From Aduncisulcus paluster (taxonomy: Eukaryota): 32,121 nt of DNA. The notes below the pieces were generated by a model. That model worked only from the letters and a program-made list of their open reading frames with translations. It had not been told where the DNA came from and searched no databases. Positions 10,497-22,042 of this stretch are shown here, one piece after another (position 1 is the first letter of the stretch; each line of letters begins with the position of its first letter). The stretch spans positions 1 through 32,121 of the forward strand of contig BQXS01009711.1 of NCBI GenBank assembly GCA_024181965.1. The letters run 5' to 3'. A program made the translations under genes and the position numbers.

Positions 10497-12237
10497 ACAC
10501 CCCTTCATCTTGCACTGTACATGAAAAGAAATGGCTCATTGGGAGCTTGAGGAAAAATAACATACCGTGAGATTGCTGCATAAAAGGAGTGGAGAAAAGG
10601 CTATCAAGGAAAACAGAGGATAATATATTCAGAAGCAAAGTCCATTCAGAATCATTAACCCCACATGAATAATCACTGTCATTGCCCCTGAAATTATCAC
10701 CTATATCAGAGTTGGATTGACACTCAATGATTGAGAGAAGATTGACATCGATACCGGTGATAGACTGGATAAAATTCACATATGCATGGTCACTCCACAG
10801 AATTGCATCGGTCTTCAAGTTGGTTTCAAAACCGATTGAAGCCACAGAAGATCCATCAGACACCTGGACAACATTGATAATGAGATATAAATCGCTGTAG
10901 GTGACATCAAAGCCATCAACCCTCATAATAGCTTCAGGAACAACTGGAGTTCCATCCACAGTTTGCCATGTATATGACACATCAATGTAACATTCAGAAC
11001 ATATGGAATAAAGATCTGGAAGTGATTGTTGCCAGTATCGTGTGGTGAACAGAGGTGCAAAAGGTGATCCAGGATGATCAATATCACGACCTAGGTTATT
11101 TTGGATGACATATGAACTGCTATACCCACCTGTCCAATTGCCATCATCGTCATTGCACCCATTTCGAGTAGGAACACATGACACAGTATCAAAAGTACCC
11201 TTCATGGGACTCCATTGTTCGTTAGCATTGTGAAATACATTATAAAGAACAGAGTTGATGCTATCAATAGAGATTGTGTATCCCATATCAGAGCTAAACA
11301 TAGCATATGGCAGAGGTTGGGGATCATAAGAGGGCACAACGGACGTTTCCATAACAGAATTCTTCTTCTCACCATACACACCAACAGAATATGTCTGCAT
11401 AACAAGATAATCATCTTCAAATATCATATCAGCAGCGTATCCCAGGACGAACTTACTTTGTCCACTCATTCCAGGTGCCCGACCATCATACCAATAAACA
11501 GCATCCATTGAGAGATCACGGTTTGCAAAAAACTCATTTAGTGCCTCTGTCACCGCAGTTGATACAAAACTAGTCATGAAAGGGATCAGGAGATCATCCA
11601 AAATGTCGACAATAGCCTGAAGCAGTGAAGATGAAAATCCAATAAATTCAATGGAAAATCCGTTCAATGCAATTGAAAGTTCATCAAAAATAAACTTAGG
11701 AGAGTATCCGCATGCACCCATTTCCTCTCCATTGGGACAGGAAGTATCTGAGGTATCCTCAATGATAGACTCACTTGCAGATACAAGCATTTCAAAATCA
11801 TCAACACTAATCCTAGCATCACCCGATAAGTATGTATATGGAGGAGTGAGTAGCTTAATTCGGTACTCGAGGCTTATAACGATAGAAGCACCGGAACCTT
11901 TTAACAAAAGTCCATTGTCGGAGGGGCGAGTTTGAATAAGATCATCAGTAAAAAATACAAAATCTTCAATAACAAAATTATCCAAGTCAATCTGAGCTTT
12001 CCCCAGGCCGAAATCCACTGTGGAGGAAAATGGAGGAATTTCGAGGGAGTCAATAAATGCTACTGCCCAAGGTTGAGTATCACGAAAAACGAAATCATAT
12101 ATTCCCTCTTTCGAAATAGTTATCTCAAGACCCGGTTGCCCTCCAACACCGGTTCCATCATCACCAATTACGAATGATGATCGAATCAAAGGGAGAATTA
12201 TGAACATAATTATCAGTGAAAAGACAAATTTAACCAT
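10366..12237 (-). CDS. BPI/LBP/CETP (TULIP) family lipid-binding protein with signal peptide
   Basis: ATG 12237 begins a hydrophobic signal peptide (MVKFVFSLIIMFIILPLIRS). This is followed by PGLEITISKEGIYDF...SLEIPPFS...GKAQIDLDNFVI, resembling the BPI N-terminal pattern; the second lobe begins near MGYTISIDSINSVLY. Confidence 0.75.
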   Translation of the reverse strand: MVKFVFSLIIMFIILPLIRSSFVIGDDGTGVGGQPGLEITISKEGIYDFVFRDTQPWAVAFIDSLEIPPFSSTVDFGLGKAQIDLDNFVIEDFVFFTDDLIQTRPSDNGLLLKGSGASIVISLEYRIKLLTPPYTYLSGDARISVDDFEMLVSASESIIEDTSDTSCPNGEEMGACGYSPKFIFDELSIALNGFSIEFIGFSSSLLQAIVDILDDLLIPFMTSFVSTAVTEALNEFFANRDLSMDAVYWYDGRAPGMSGQSKFVLGYAADMIFEDDYLVMQTYSVGVYGEKKNSVMETSVVPSYDPQPLPYAMFSSDMGYTISIDSINSVLYNVFHNANEQWSPMKGTFDTVSCVPTRNGCNDDDGNWTGGYSSSYVIQNNLGRDIDHPGSPFAPLFTTRYWQQSLPDLYSICSECYIDVSYTWQTVDGTPVVPEAIMRVDGFDVTYSDLYLIINVVQVSDGSSVASIGFETNLKTDAILWSDHAYVNFIQSITGIDVNLLSIIECQSNSDIGDNFRGNDSDYSCGVNDSEWTLLLNILSSVFLDSLFSTPFMQQSHGMLFFLKLPMSHFFSCTVQDEGVYYVPSGGYAYVSCNISECMCQELGFDDFSRNDDGTVYCVKQSV

Positions 12238-12468
12238 CAAAATAAAATCAAACGTTTGGGCATAGACAAAAGGAGGAATTTCCATTGGTGCATGGTTGCA
12301 TTTAAGAGAAAAAATAACAATATAATAATTCACATCAAATTCTAATTTATTCCTTTTTTATAAATTCATTTTGTCAATATCTTGCTTTTAAATTCCAATA
12401 ATTTGAACTTCTAGATTTGAAATCGCCACCATGTATTTTCTCCGCAAACAATATATTACACAATAAGG

Positions 12469-13202
12469 ATGGGATTTATAGGTTCATTAGTACTTACCCT
12501 TGCGTTTATATTTTCTGTTGTATTTAGTACTACGTGTCTACTGTCCGAATACAATCTATTGGGTATGTGTCATTAATTTTTATATGCATTATTCCCTTTT
12601 ATTTTAACCATTTACAAATTTTCATATCAAATTTGGTTATTTTCCATTATTTGGTAGCTGATGATATTTCCGAAGCTATGGAGCCGATCTTTGAGCTAAG
12701 AGCTCTTTACCCCAATATTTCTCAATATATGATTTGGATTGGATTTGTTTTTAATGTTTCTGCCTCTATTTTATTTGCCATTGACTTTATATGCCTATTT
12801 ATTCGTTGGGGAGGTCGTTTCCTTATTTTGATTTCTGATGTGTCATATGCAATTATTGCCTCATTTGTGTGTTACACTGCCTTCTTCCTCGTGTATCACT
12901 GGTTCCCTGAGTTGGTTCCTGCTTTACCTTCCATGATACTTGGCAAAATATTAAATATCATAAAAGCTCTCGTTGCTGTCGGACAAAAAAGAGTTGAAAA
13001 CATGGAAATTGAGGATTCCATGAATGAATTTGTCGAAGATATGGGAGAAAACATCTCTAATGTTTTTACGGCAGCAAAAGGCACATTCGGTGATCTTGTT
13101 ATCGCTATCCCCACAAATATTGTTAATATTATTCTAATTTTTGTTATTATATCCGATATCGTATTTGTTTTCAGAGTTACAAAAGAAGGAAACAAGAAGT
13201 AG
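12469..13202 (+). CDS. Small multi-pass membrane protein of unknown function; exons 12469-12562 and 12658-13202
   Basis: ATG 12469 (MGFIGSLVLTLAFIFSVVFSTTCLLSEYNLL) joins in frame across a 95-nt GTATG...TAG intron to ADDISEAMEP...; about 4 hydrophobic segments. Confidence 0.7.
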
Positions 13203-13462
13203 ATCTACTACTCATATTCATATTGATATTCTGGATTACATATTTTTAATCACCAATAATTCACTTATATTGAGTAAAAGATTAACATTCCAGCTTGCAC
13301 TGCAAGACTTCTGGCAGAAGTCAGACGTAACTTGTCACTTTATTTGTAGGCAAAAGTCAGCGAGAGTGGGATAATATTTTATTTTTTCTCGGTAATCTTT
13401 ATATGATCAAAAAACTTACAGATGATTCTCATTGTTTCTTATAGATTCTATAATATAGAAGC

Positions 13463-13976
13463 TCAGAAGGTGAATACAAAGTCAATGTTGTAGATTCCAG
13501 TTCCATCATAAAACATTCCAAAAGTCCTTGATCCAGCAATAATAAAGAATTTATGACCTTCCCAGAGGTTGTTAGAGACAATTCCAATGCTTGAATCTTC
13601 TTGGAACTCGACACTCCACTTGCAACTTGGTTCCTCTTTGTCAAGGGTCTCAACTTGCGATTCTATAAATACATCATGAGTAATATTCTTCTTTAACGTG
13701 TCAACTACCATAGATTTCCGCCCAAAGCTGGACAAAGTATGGCATTGATAAGGAGAAAGCCCAACAAAGGCTGGATTAAATACAACTCTTCCATGGGTTG
13801 CCAAAGTAACAAATCTCACGGGAATAACATCACATTCAGCATCAATAGTATGACAAATGAATGAAATTCGATCAAGTTCGCGATATTTTGGCTTCTTAGG
13901 TTTCTTCTGGCGTTTTGGCTTCTTTTCCGCCCCTTCTTCTTCCTCCTCATCCTCTTCCTCTTCGGGTTGTTGTTCT

Positions 13977-14008
<32 letters not shown>

Positions 14009-14416
14009 AGGCTCTTCTTCCTCCTCTTCTTCACCATCCTCATTGTATTTAATTTTCTTTACCTTTTTCAACAAGAAAGATGGATCACCAGTAAGCATAT
14101 CTTGGCTATTTTTATCATATCCAGTGTCCTTCAAATGCTGAATAAGCTCATCACTCACGACAGGCAATTGCGCCCATTCTACACCATCAAGCGAATAGAA
14201 GAAATAAGAAGGCTGAGTATAATCAGCAAAATCTCCACGAATAATGAAATAATCATTCAAGCGACCCCTTAAACGCCCCCAAAACTTGATGGAATGAAAT
14301 TTGTAATCTTTTTTCAATAAGGGGATAGATAATTCAGCAGCTGATAATATTTCTGTGGGAATAATGATCCCAAATTTGCTGATATAACTTGTGAACGTGG
14401 TTAAATCGATGCTCAT
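13463..14416 (-). CDS. RSPH9: Radial spoke head protein 9 (flagellar axoneme)
   Basis: Motifs FWGRLRG..DYFI, YSLDGVEWAQLP, GDPS, ELDRISFICHTID...VIP, NPAFVGLS, WS, LWEGHKF, YDGTGIYNIDFVF match RSPH9/RSP9; likely start MSIDLTTF at 14416. Confidence 0.88.
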
Positions 14417-14627
14417 TGGATGGATGCAGAAAAAACAGCACCTCTTGTCGATTTTTGGACCTGTTTGTAAGTACGAATTATTGAATAGGATAATATCGAA
14501 ATTGCTTAATGAGAGCATATATATGTTAAATTTATACATCCTGAGATTATTTATTTCCAATTTTAATATTTTTTTAAAATGTTCTTGGAACTCGTCTTTT
14601 GTTACTCTTATAAATCAAGCGACATCA

Positions 14628-15889
14628 ATGTGTGTTTTATGGCTTGATAAATATAGACCCCAGACGATTAAGGATCTTGATTATCAAAAAGAGAGTTTCG
14701 AGCGTCTAGGTGATTTGGTATGTATCTATCCATGCTTTTGATTGTTACCTTTTCTTCAATTATTATGCTCACATTGAATATAATCCCATTTATGTAGGTT
14801 TCTGGAAACGATTTCCCCCATATGTTGTTTTATGGCCCTCCAGGAGCTGGAAAGAAAACTAGAATATTTTCCTTGCTTAACAAAGTGTTTGGACATAGTG
14901 TTGATAAACTTTGGGTTGAAAGACGTAAAGTTAAAGAGGGATCCGAACAATCCATTGCAATTATATCATCTCCTTATCATATTGAACTTAACCCTTCTGA
15001 TGCTGGTCGAAACGACAGACTTGTCGTGTCAGAAATCATCAAAGAAATGGCTAGTTATGCTGCAGTCAACAGAGAAATTGAGGCAGAAGGTGAGAAAAGT
15101 TCTGGACTCCATGCTCATTTCTCTGCTGCTAAAAAGAAGTCTTCAAAGCATTCAAAAGATGAAGAAGATGACGAAGATACCAAACCTTCTCATTCAGCCC
15201 CTAGATTTAAGGTAATTGTGTTGAATGATGCTGATATGCTCTCTCGTGGTGCTCAACAGGCTTTGAGGCGTACAATGGAGCTTTATGTGCGTTCCTGTCG
15301 CCTTATCTTGGTCGCTGAAACTCCAAGTAAGATTATTGAACCCCTCAAGAGTAGATGCTTGTGTGTAAGAGTTCCTGCCCCCACTGATGAGCAGGTATTT
15401 GACCTTCTCAAGGATGTATACGACCAAGAAAATGAATCATCAAGACTTTACGATATGTCCGATTCTGATATCCTCACAATAACAAAAATGTGCAAAGGAA
15501 ATCTCAGAAGAGGTATTTTAACTTTACAAGCCACATGCGCTCAGCGCACTCATCTTAGAAAGAAGACAATGCCGGAAGAAGCAGAATGGCGGTTATTAAT
15601 CCACCAAATTGCTCAGAGGATTATTGATAAACAAGATGGTCAAGCTCTTCTATCTGCCCGAACTGATTGTTATGATCTCTTAACATCATGTATTCCAACG
15701 GATATCATCTTTGAAGAGCTCACCATGACCTTCCTTCAAAAATTACCGGATTCTGTGCATTCATTCATCACATTTTATGCAGCTTTGTATGAGATGAGAG
15801 CTGTTAAAGGAACCAAGGCTATCTATCATATTGAGGCATTCTTGGCAACAGTCCAAAGAATAATTGTTGTGAATTTGAAAAGAAAATAA
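14628..15889 (+). CDS. RFC3: Replication factor C small subunit (human RFC3 / yeast RFC5 type); exons 14628-14717 and 14798-15889
   Basis: LWLDKYRP N-terminus, PHMLFYGPPGAGKKT Walker A variant, SSPYHIELNPSDAG, AQQALRRTME, SRC motif and C-terminal KAIYHIEAF. An 80-nt GTATG...TAG intron restores the frame. Confidence 0.95.
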
Positions 15890-16128
15890 GATGATTTATT
15901 AATTCAATTTGACTTCCATTTCTTATTTCTGGTTATCATTATCTCCCGAAAATTGAGAAAATGCTTGCCAATAAAATAGATATTATATCTAAAGAACCAC
16001 AGCATTCAGTCTTAACCAAGTAAATTCGATGAAATAGGAAGGATTGGTCTCCTTAAGGCGTTTGGCATGAGTTTGACAACATACCATAATTTTATACAAA
16101 TTTTCTACACCAATTTATATTATAAACC

Positions 16129-16785
16129 ATGAAATATATTGATAGTGAAACTTTAAGAGATGTTAGCTCGCTGTTATCAAAAACTATTGGTGACGGATTG
16201 ATGCTTGCATGTAGAATAGAGGTTTTCATTGCAAAAAAGAGCCAATCAGAAAAAGAAAGTGAAATAGATATTAAAGAAAACTTAGACCTTTTTATTAAAA
16301 TGACCCCTTCGCCAATTACTCCTTTTGGAGATATTTCCAATGAAAACTCAAAAAAATCTTTCATTAATATTATTCATCTTCTTAGTGCAGCATTTCCGGC
16401 TCACGATTGTTCACTATTAACCCCAGCCAACTTCAAACTGATGGAATCTACATATCGAGTGAGAATGGATATTGATAGTTCATTAGCGGCCTCTATAGGA
16501 TGTGCATATCATTCGGTTATTTCTCCAAAACTTTGGGAGGCATTAGATGAAGATATTATTTTGAGTGAGTGTAATGTTTATTCGCTGCATGTCCCAGCTG
16601 ACCTCAACCCTTTATCCACCGGATCTGAATTATGGAGTTGGTTGTATATATTTGAAAATAGGAGGAGGAAAAGAGTTATCCTGTTTACATGTTCAGCTGT
16701 ACCAATATCTTTTTCCCAATCAACATCTGCAATAGGAGGATTTGATCCTTCATTATTTATCGGAAGTGAAGATCTCGCATATTAA
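16129..16785 (+). CDS. MAF1: Maf1, repressor of RNA polymerase III transcription
   Basis: MKYID start, CRIEVF..K, PFGDIS...SKKSFI.II..LSAAFPAHD.S, LWEALDEDI.LSECNVYS and LWSW.YIFEN.RRKRVILF match the Maf1 boxes. Confidence 0.9.
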   Translation: MKYIDSETLRDVSSLLSKTIGDGLMLACRIEVFIAKKSQSEKESEIDIKENLDLFIKMTPSPITPFGDISNENSKKSFINIIHLLSAAFPAHDCSLLTPANFKLMESTYRVRMDIDSSLAASIGCAYHSVISPKLWEALDEDIILSECNVYSLHVPADLNPLSTGSELWSWLYIFENRRRKRVILFTCSAVPISFSQSTSAIGGFDPSLFIGSEDLAY

Positions 16786-17110
16786 TTGCCACTTGATTTA
16801 TATCTTCTTGATGTATTTTGCCTCAGAATTCCCAAGAATTTTTTTTTTCAATGATTCGCGCATATGATTGTTTATTCAACAATAAAAATATATTGCACCT
16901 ATTATTTTATTGGTATTTCTTCCAAAATATTTCTGAGTTTTCATTGCATTAATAGAAGAAGGCAAAATTCATTATTATCCCCGAAATAAAATTAATATTT
17001 GTTGATAAACTATTGAGTATTATTTCAATTTGTTATATTTGGCCCCGATTTTTCAATTCAGATCTGAAATGAATAGTCTTTGATTGAATTTTTTTTGATG
17101 ATCTTAAAAA

Positions 17111-17750
17111 ATGAAAAATTTGTCTCAGATTGATATGATTCAAGGTATGAAAACTTTATTTTGAAAGGTTTAGATTCTTATTTGAGAATATTATGGTTTA
17201 ATATTAAATTTTGTTTTAAAAAATTTCAGAGCGCCACCAATGCATTACAAGCTCCAAAGGAACTGGTTCTTTGAAAACTGATACCATTCCCCCAGTTTCA
17301 TATGAGGATTGTCATGAAATTGATGAGCATCATGTTTGCGGATCAACTATATGCTCGCATATAGATCATTCTGGGTGCCATCATGATATTCACTCTATGC
17401 TTGTCAACATGCGTGAAAATGGGGGGAAATTCAGCATAGTATATTGCTATAACTTGAAACTTCCTCTCCTTGTTTCTGGCGATGTGAGTAACATCCATTT
17501 ATTTGTTGCCTCTCTCCCAAGTTGTCCAAAACAATTTTCTGTTGTAATTAAGAAAATTGATGGTGAGATCATGAGAAAACCCTTTTTCATTGACGAAGAA
17601 AAGCAAGATAGAACTTATAATTGGTACAAAGCTCCAGTGTTCACCAAAGATGTCGAAACCATTTCCATCGAGAGAGAATCCGATTGGGGTAAAGGTTATA
17701 TGATGCTTGGTGGAGTGTACATTGAAAAATGGAGTGAAGAAGTCTTGTAA
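17111..17750 (+). CDS. Uncharacterised small protein, His/Cys-rich N-half and beta-rich C-half; exons 17111-17144 and 17230-17750
   Basis: ATG 17111 (MKNLSQIDMIQ) joins in frame across an 85-nt GTATG...CAG intron to ERHQCITSSKGTGSLKTDTIPP... Confidence 0.65.
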
Positions 17751-18120
17751 TTTCGTTCAAATTTTGTCTTTATTTTTTATTCAAATTATTGGCGATTTGG
17801 ATCCGTATGATCCGAGTGAAGAAGTCTAATTTGATCTGAGAAGATGTTTATGCCGTTAATAAATTTTTTACAATTCCCCAGAGCTCTTAGAAAGAGATTG
17901 ATCTTGAGAGTCTCTATTAATAGTCGAGTGTGTGACACAAATTTTATTCAAAAATGCTATATTCAAAAAGGTTGATCAATATACATTGAGGATATTGACA
18001 AAATAGATAAATATAGTCGAGCTAGCTGAGCAATTAATTGCAAAGAACGAAAACTTACAATATATTCTACAAGGGTCCACGAAATATTCTCATAAAGAAA
18101 AAAAAAGTAATGAAGAAAAA

Positions 18121-19035
18121 TTATTCAACCTTCTTCTTGGCAGGGGCTCCAGGCCACCAAGGGCACAACCTTCTAATACAGGCCTTGTTCTTGGTCCACT
18201 GTTCACAAGAAGCCATAGCTTGTCCTTCCTCGGGGGTATCAGGCTCAAATACAACATCAGCGTTCATCTGAATACCAACATACTTCTTGCTCTGAACAGC
18301 AACCTCCCTCATCACTTTCATACATTCTCTACGACAACACCTAGCTCCAGGCTTATCAGAGAGAATAGTCAACATGTGAGAAGTGTATTGGAGGGCAGTT
18401 TGACGTTTTACAGCTTTCATGGGTGAGGACTCGGTGATGTGAGCAAGGGCAATTCCAGCACCGATGGCAGAACCACAAGCACCAGCAAAACCACACAAGG
18501 CTCCAGGAATTTGAGCTCCACGGTTGATTACTACCTCCAAATCGTTTTTAACATCAATGGGCCTATGAGTCATGTTGAAGAAGGCAGTAATGATAACAGC
18601 AGGAACAACACTGTGGTAATCGGGACCATGAATTGGGACATCAGGGTGAGCTCTAATTTCCTGGAACATAACAATCATATTGTTCTTTTTCCTCTCAATT
18701 TCCAAACATTCTTCTTCGGATAAGCCAGCTTTAATATTATCAGCATAACGCTTGAGAGCTTGGTCATTGGAAGCCTTACAATAAGTGGTCAAAATTTTCA
18801 GGGATTTTGAAGAGTGACAACCATCACAAACGAAGTGTCCTCCAATACATGAGGCATCAGCACTAAACTCACGTCCACAATAAATGCAGCATTTCTTCTG
18901 GGGTTCAGTAAAATATTCAAGAGGTTTACCACAAATTAAACATCCGTGGTCACAAGTTTCGAGACCAGCAAGATATTTGGAACAAGTAGAGGGACAATGA
19001 TCACAAGATGAGCAGGGGGAAATGGAAGCAGACAT
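18121..19035 (-). CDS. DUF5714-like cysteine-rich protein of prokaryotic type (putative metal/Fe-S binding)
   Basis: CLICGKPLEY, CIYCG, C..GHFVCDGCH, IHGPDYH..VPA, PGALCGFAGACG.A.GAGI, RCCRR and ACI...CPW resemble, from memory, bacterial/archaeal DUF5714 proteins; intronless; 23 Cys. Confidence 0.8.
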   Translation of the reverse strand: MSASISPCSSCDHCPSTCSKYLAGLETCDHGCLICGKPLEYFTEPQKKCCIYCGREFSADASCIGGHFVCDGCHSSKSLKILTTYCKASNDQALKRYADNIKAGLSEEECLEIERKKNNMIVMFQEIRAHPDVPIHGPDYHSVVPAVIITAFFNMTHRPIDVKNDLEVVINRGAQIPGALCGFAGACGSAIGAGIALAHITESSPMKAVKRQTALQYTSHMLTILSDKPGARCCRRECMKVMREVAVQSKKYVGIQMNADVVFEPDTPEEGQAMASCEQWTKNKACIRRLCPWWPGAPAKKKVE

Positions 19036-19451
19036 TTTAATTTTATAATGTAAAATTGAGATTTAGGGTCAGAATAGACAAAAAGGGTGAAGAGTTGAGA
19101 GACAAGGAATCTTTCAATCGAAGAAAGCCGGGTTTTATTTCTGGGATGAATTTCTCCAATTGTTGGGAATTTATAAAATGAAATATTGGATAAAAAATGG
19201 TCATTAATTTTCAAATATGCATTTTCTTTGTCTGAATATTTTCATAAAAATTGTGGCTGACATTTGAAATTCTCCATCATACATCTTGATTGCTATTCGT
19301 AATGCCGAAGGAAGAGTAATGAAAATAATTTTGTGAAATATTATCGCTTATATTAAATTTAGCCTCTTTTTGCTCAAGAAAATCAAGAAAAACAAAGATT
19401 CGCAAGTGTTTTTGTTATGAGCCTTATTGTTTTTCTTTGATTGTCGTATAA

Positions 19452-20516
19452 ATGGATTCTGATAATTACACATCTTTATCAACACCAACATTGGGTTCCC
19501 CCATGCATCTTCCGAAGACATTTTTATATGCAACTCCTAGTCCGTTTGATCTCGATGAAGAGGCTTTAGATGGGTCTGATTCTCCCTCTCTGGCTGAAAA
19601 TCCTATGTTTTCTTCACTCTATTCTAGTGTTGATAAAACAACCCATGAGAGCAAACCCGAAAGTGCTAGAGGTGTGTCACGTGAGCAATCTGAGCCTTCT
19701 TTGAGCCACAAAAAACGCCGAGATGATGGAAGAAGAGTGAGATTTGAAGAATCCCCTCAATTTGTTTTCTCAAATAGAATGAGTCCCTCAATTCCTTCTG
19801 ACGAATCATCCTCTTTTTCCACCCCCATGCAAGTTTCCCATGCTCCATCCCTTCTCAGTCCTTCCCTCCACGATAAAGAAAAGGCTAATCTTCAAGGTTT
19901 GGACGAGGCCCTTTCCCAACGATCAATTAAGCATGCAATTCTATCCCTTTACACTTCACCTCAAAGAAGTGACCATGTTAAGCAATGTATTGAGAAACAA
20001 AAGAAAAAATATGATTCTTCAAGTGCTACAATGCTTGATAGACTAAATCCAAAGACATCAGAAGATCTCCCAATCGATCAAGCATCACATTCTTCTCCTT
20101 TAATTGTCAAAGAGCGTCGGGCGTCTTCTCACATCATTAAAAAGAAAAAAGATAAGTATCTCATTGCAAAAGACTTTGATCTCTTGATTTCTCCCCCGTC
20201 CCATAAGAAAGATTCATTGATCCTCCAACAATTTTCTGATAGAAGTTTCACGTTGATGCTTGATGGTCTCAAAAAGGCTAAATCGGTAAAGCCAAGGGTA
20301 TCTACAATCGATTTTAGATCCCTTACATCCGGTGAAATATCAGAACTCTTGCGTCGAACTATCATAAATCTTCAAAACATTAGTGATGAATTAGTTATGG
20401 CATTAGAGGAAAGGGAATGGCTACGGGAAAAGAATGAGGCATATTGGAGCGTATTTAAGAATATTCATTGCTTTATTGGAGAAGTTGAAAGGAAAAGGGA
20501 TACTTCTCAACCTTGA
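19452..20516 (+). CDS. Uncharacterised Ser-rich protein with C-terminal coiled coil
   Basis: 354-aa ORF from ATG with many SP motifs and a heptad-like C-terminus (ISELLRRTIINLQNISDELVMALEEREWLREKNE). Confidence 0.7.
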   Translation: MDSDNYTSLSTPTLGSPMHLPKTFLYATPSPFDLDEEALDGSDSPSLAENPMFSSLYSSVDKTTHESKPESARGVSREQSEPSLSHKKRRDDGRRVRFEESPQFVFSNRMSPSIPSDESSSFSTPMQVSHAPSLLSPSLHDKEKANLQGLDEALSQRSIKHAILSLYTSPQRSDHVKQCIEKQKKKYDSSSATMLDRLNPKTSEDLPIDQASHSSPLIVKERRASSHIIKKKKDKYLIAKDFDLLISPPSHKKDSLILQQFSDRSFTLMLDGLKKAKSVKPRVSTIDFRSLTSGEISELLRRTIINLQNISDELVMALEEREWLREKNEAYWSVFKNIHCFIGEVERKRDTSQP

Positions 20517-20852
20517 GAACTGTTTTGTAATTTCATTCAGTTTTGCAAAGAAAAAATGAATATTTTGTATATTTTGTATATCGTTTGTTTATAATATCAT
20601 AATAACTATAATATCTGTTATAACTTATCTGTTTATCTCATTTATATTAACCACTTTATATTGCTTTCTTTCAAAAATCAAAGCTCAAGAAGTACATTTT
20701 CACTCTTTCACACATTTCACAAATAATATTTCCTTATTTTGATTCAGGTTTGTGATCTAATACCCATTTGAAATAAAAATATACACCAGACACATGTAGA
20801 TTGGATAAAGAAAGAACCCTTCATATTCTTAGTCTTATTAATAAATCTTTGA

Positions 20853-22042
20853 TTATTTGTTGAGCCAATCAAGATATAATAAACCCAATGAACCAGCGAC
20901 AAGCATGGCACAGTTAAAAATAGTGTTTGATGAGAGTTTTCTTCTTGTTTTCTTGATAATTTTCTTCGCAGTTTCAATGTGATCCTCAGCTTGGACAGCA
21001 AAACCATACACACGATCAATCTGAGCCGTCTGTTGCTCAATTTTCTGAGCAAACAAAGTTGAAAGAGTTGATAATTCCCTTGCTGCCTTTTCGATTCTCA
21101 TTGCAGAGGCGGCATCAACAAGTTCAGCATCAAGTGTGGTCGTAACCATCATTTCTTGTCTGTGTCTCCTCTCACTCTTCGACATAGGGGAGAGAGGGGC
21201 AACCATATCATCTATGGATGGATCAACAGCATGATCTGGCGATTCGTCTCCCAAAGATTGATCGTATCCATGGGAATCTTCCTCTGAAGATGTTTTGCGG
21301 GTTGATGGAGACATTAAACGCTGAAGCATTTCTCGTTGTTCACGCCACTCTCTTTTTTGCAACGATTCTTCTTCACTAAGCTGCCATTTTCCGGTGAGAG
21401 GAAGGGAAAAAAAGGTTCCATGAGTGAGGTCATCAATAGATGTTACAATGCCTCCAGAACCAGCACAAACAAGGTGGGGAGGGACAACAGCATGAGAATG
21501 CCAAGATCGTTCAAGAATTTCATATTGTTTTGTAATATATTTGGCTTTAGTGAGAAGAGATACAAGAAGCAAGTGTTTGTGAGTGAGAATCTGAGAAGCA
21601 TTCTTTTTTGTTAATTTTTGAATAGTGGATTCTAAAGAATCAAGAGTCTTATTGACCTGTTTTAATGCAAGTTTAAACATCGAAGAAAATGTTTCAAATT
21701 CTTTCTGGAACAAAAGCCTCTGTTTACAGGAGAAAACGATACTTTCTCCAGAGATAGCATTTCTATATTTTTTCAATTCCAAATTCAGAGTGCTCAACGC
21801 TTTAGACTATCAAATAAAACGGAACATAATCAAATAATCAGTATAATAACGACACATTAAAAAAAAAAAAAAAAAAAAGTCAAATAGACACAACATACAG
21901 TTTTCCCAACACTATCGAAAAATATTTTTAAATTTTCCTCTTCTAAAATCTCTTTTTCGGTCTTTTTTTCTGGTTCCTCCTGTGAATTATCGAGGACAGG
22001 GATGTCTTTCCCCATATTGTGAAAAAGATCGGTAATATCCAT
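20853..22042 (-). CDS. STX18: Syntaxin-18/Ufe1/SYP81-type Qa-SNARE (ER); exons 22042-21899 and 21806-20853
   Basis: N-peptide MDITDLF, SNARE helix RIEKAARELSTLSTLFAQKIEQQTAQID and C-terminal anchor ending LLYLDW. A 92-nt phase-0 GTATG...TAG intron joins the two ORFs. Confidence 0.8.

Noticed and set aside
17732..17827. 14-bp direct repeat GAGTGAAGAAGTCT (17732-17745 and 17814-17827)
   Set aside because: Only two copies with an unremarkable 68-bp spacer; not a CRISPR array and no element features, probably a small local duplication.
21859..21878. A20 run suggesting a retroposed poly(A) tail
   Set aside because: It is a T-tract inside the STX18 intron on the minus strand, with no target-site duplication or element body.
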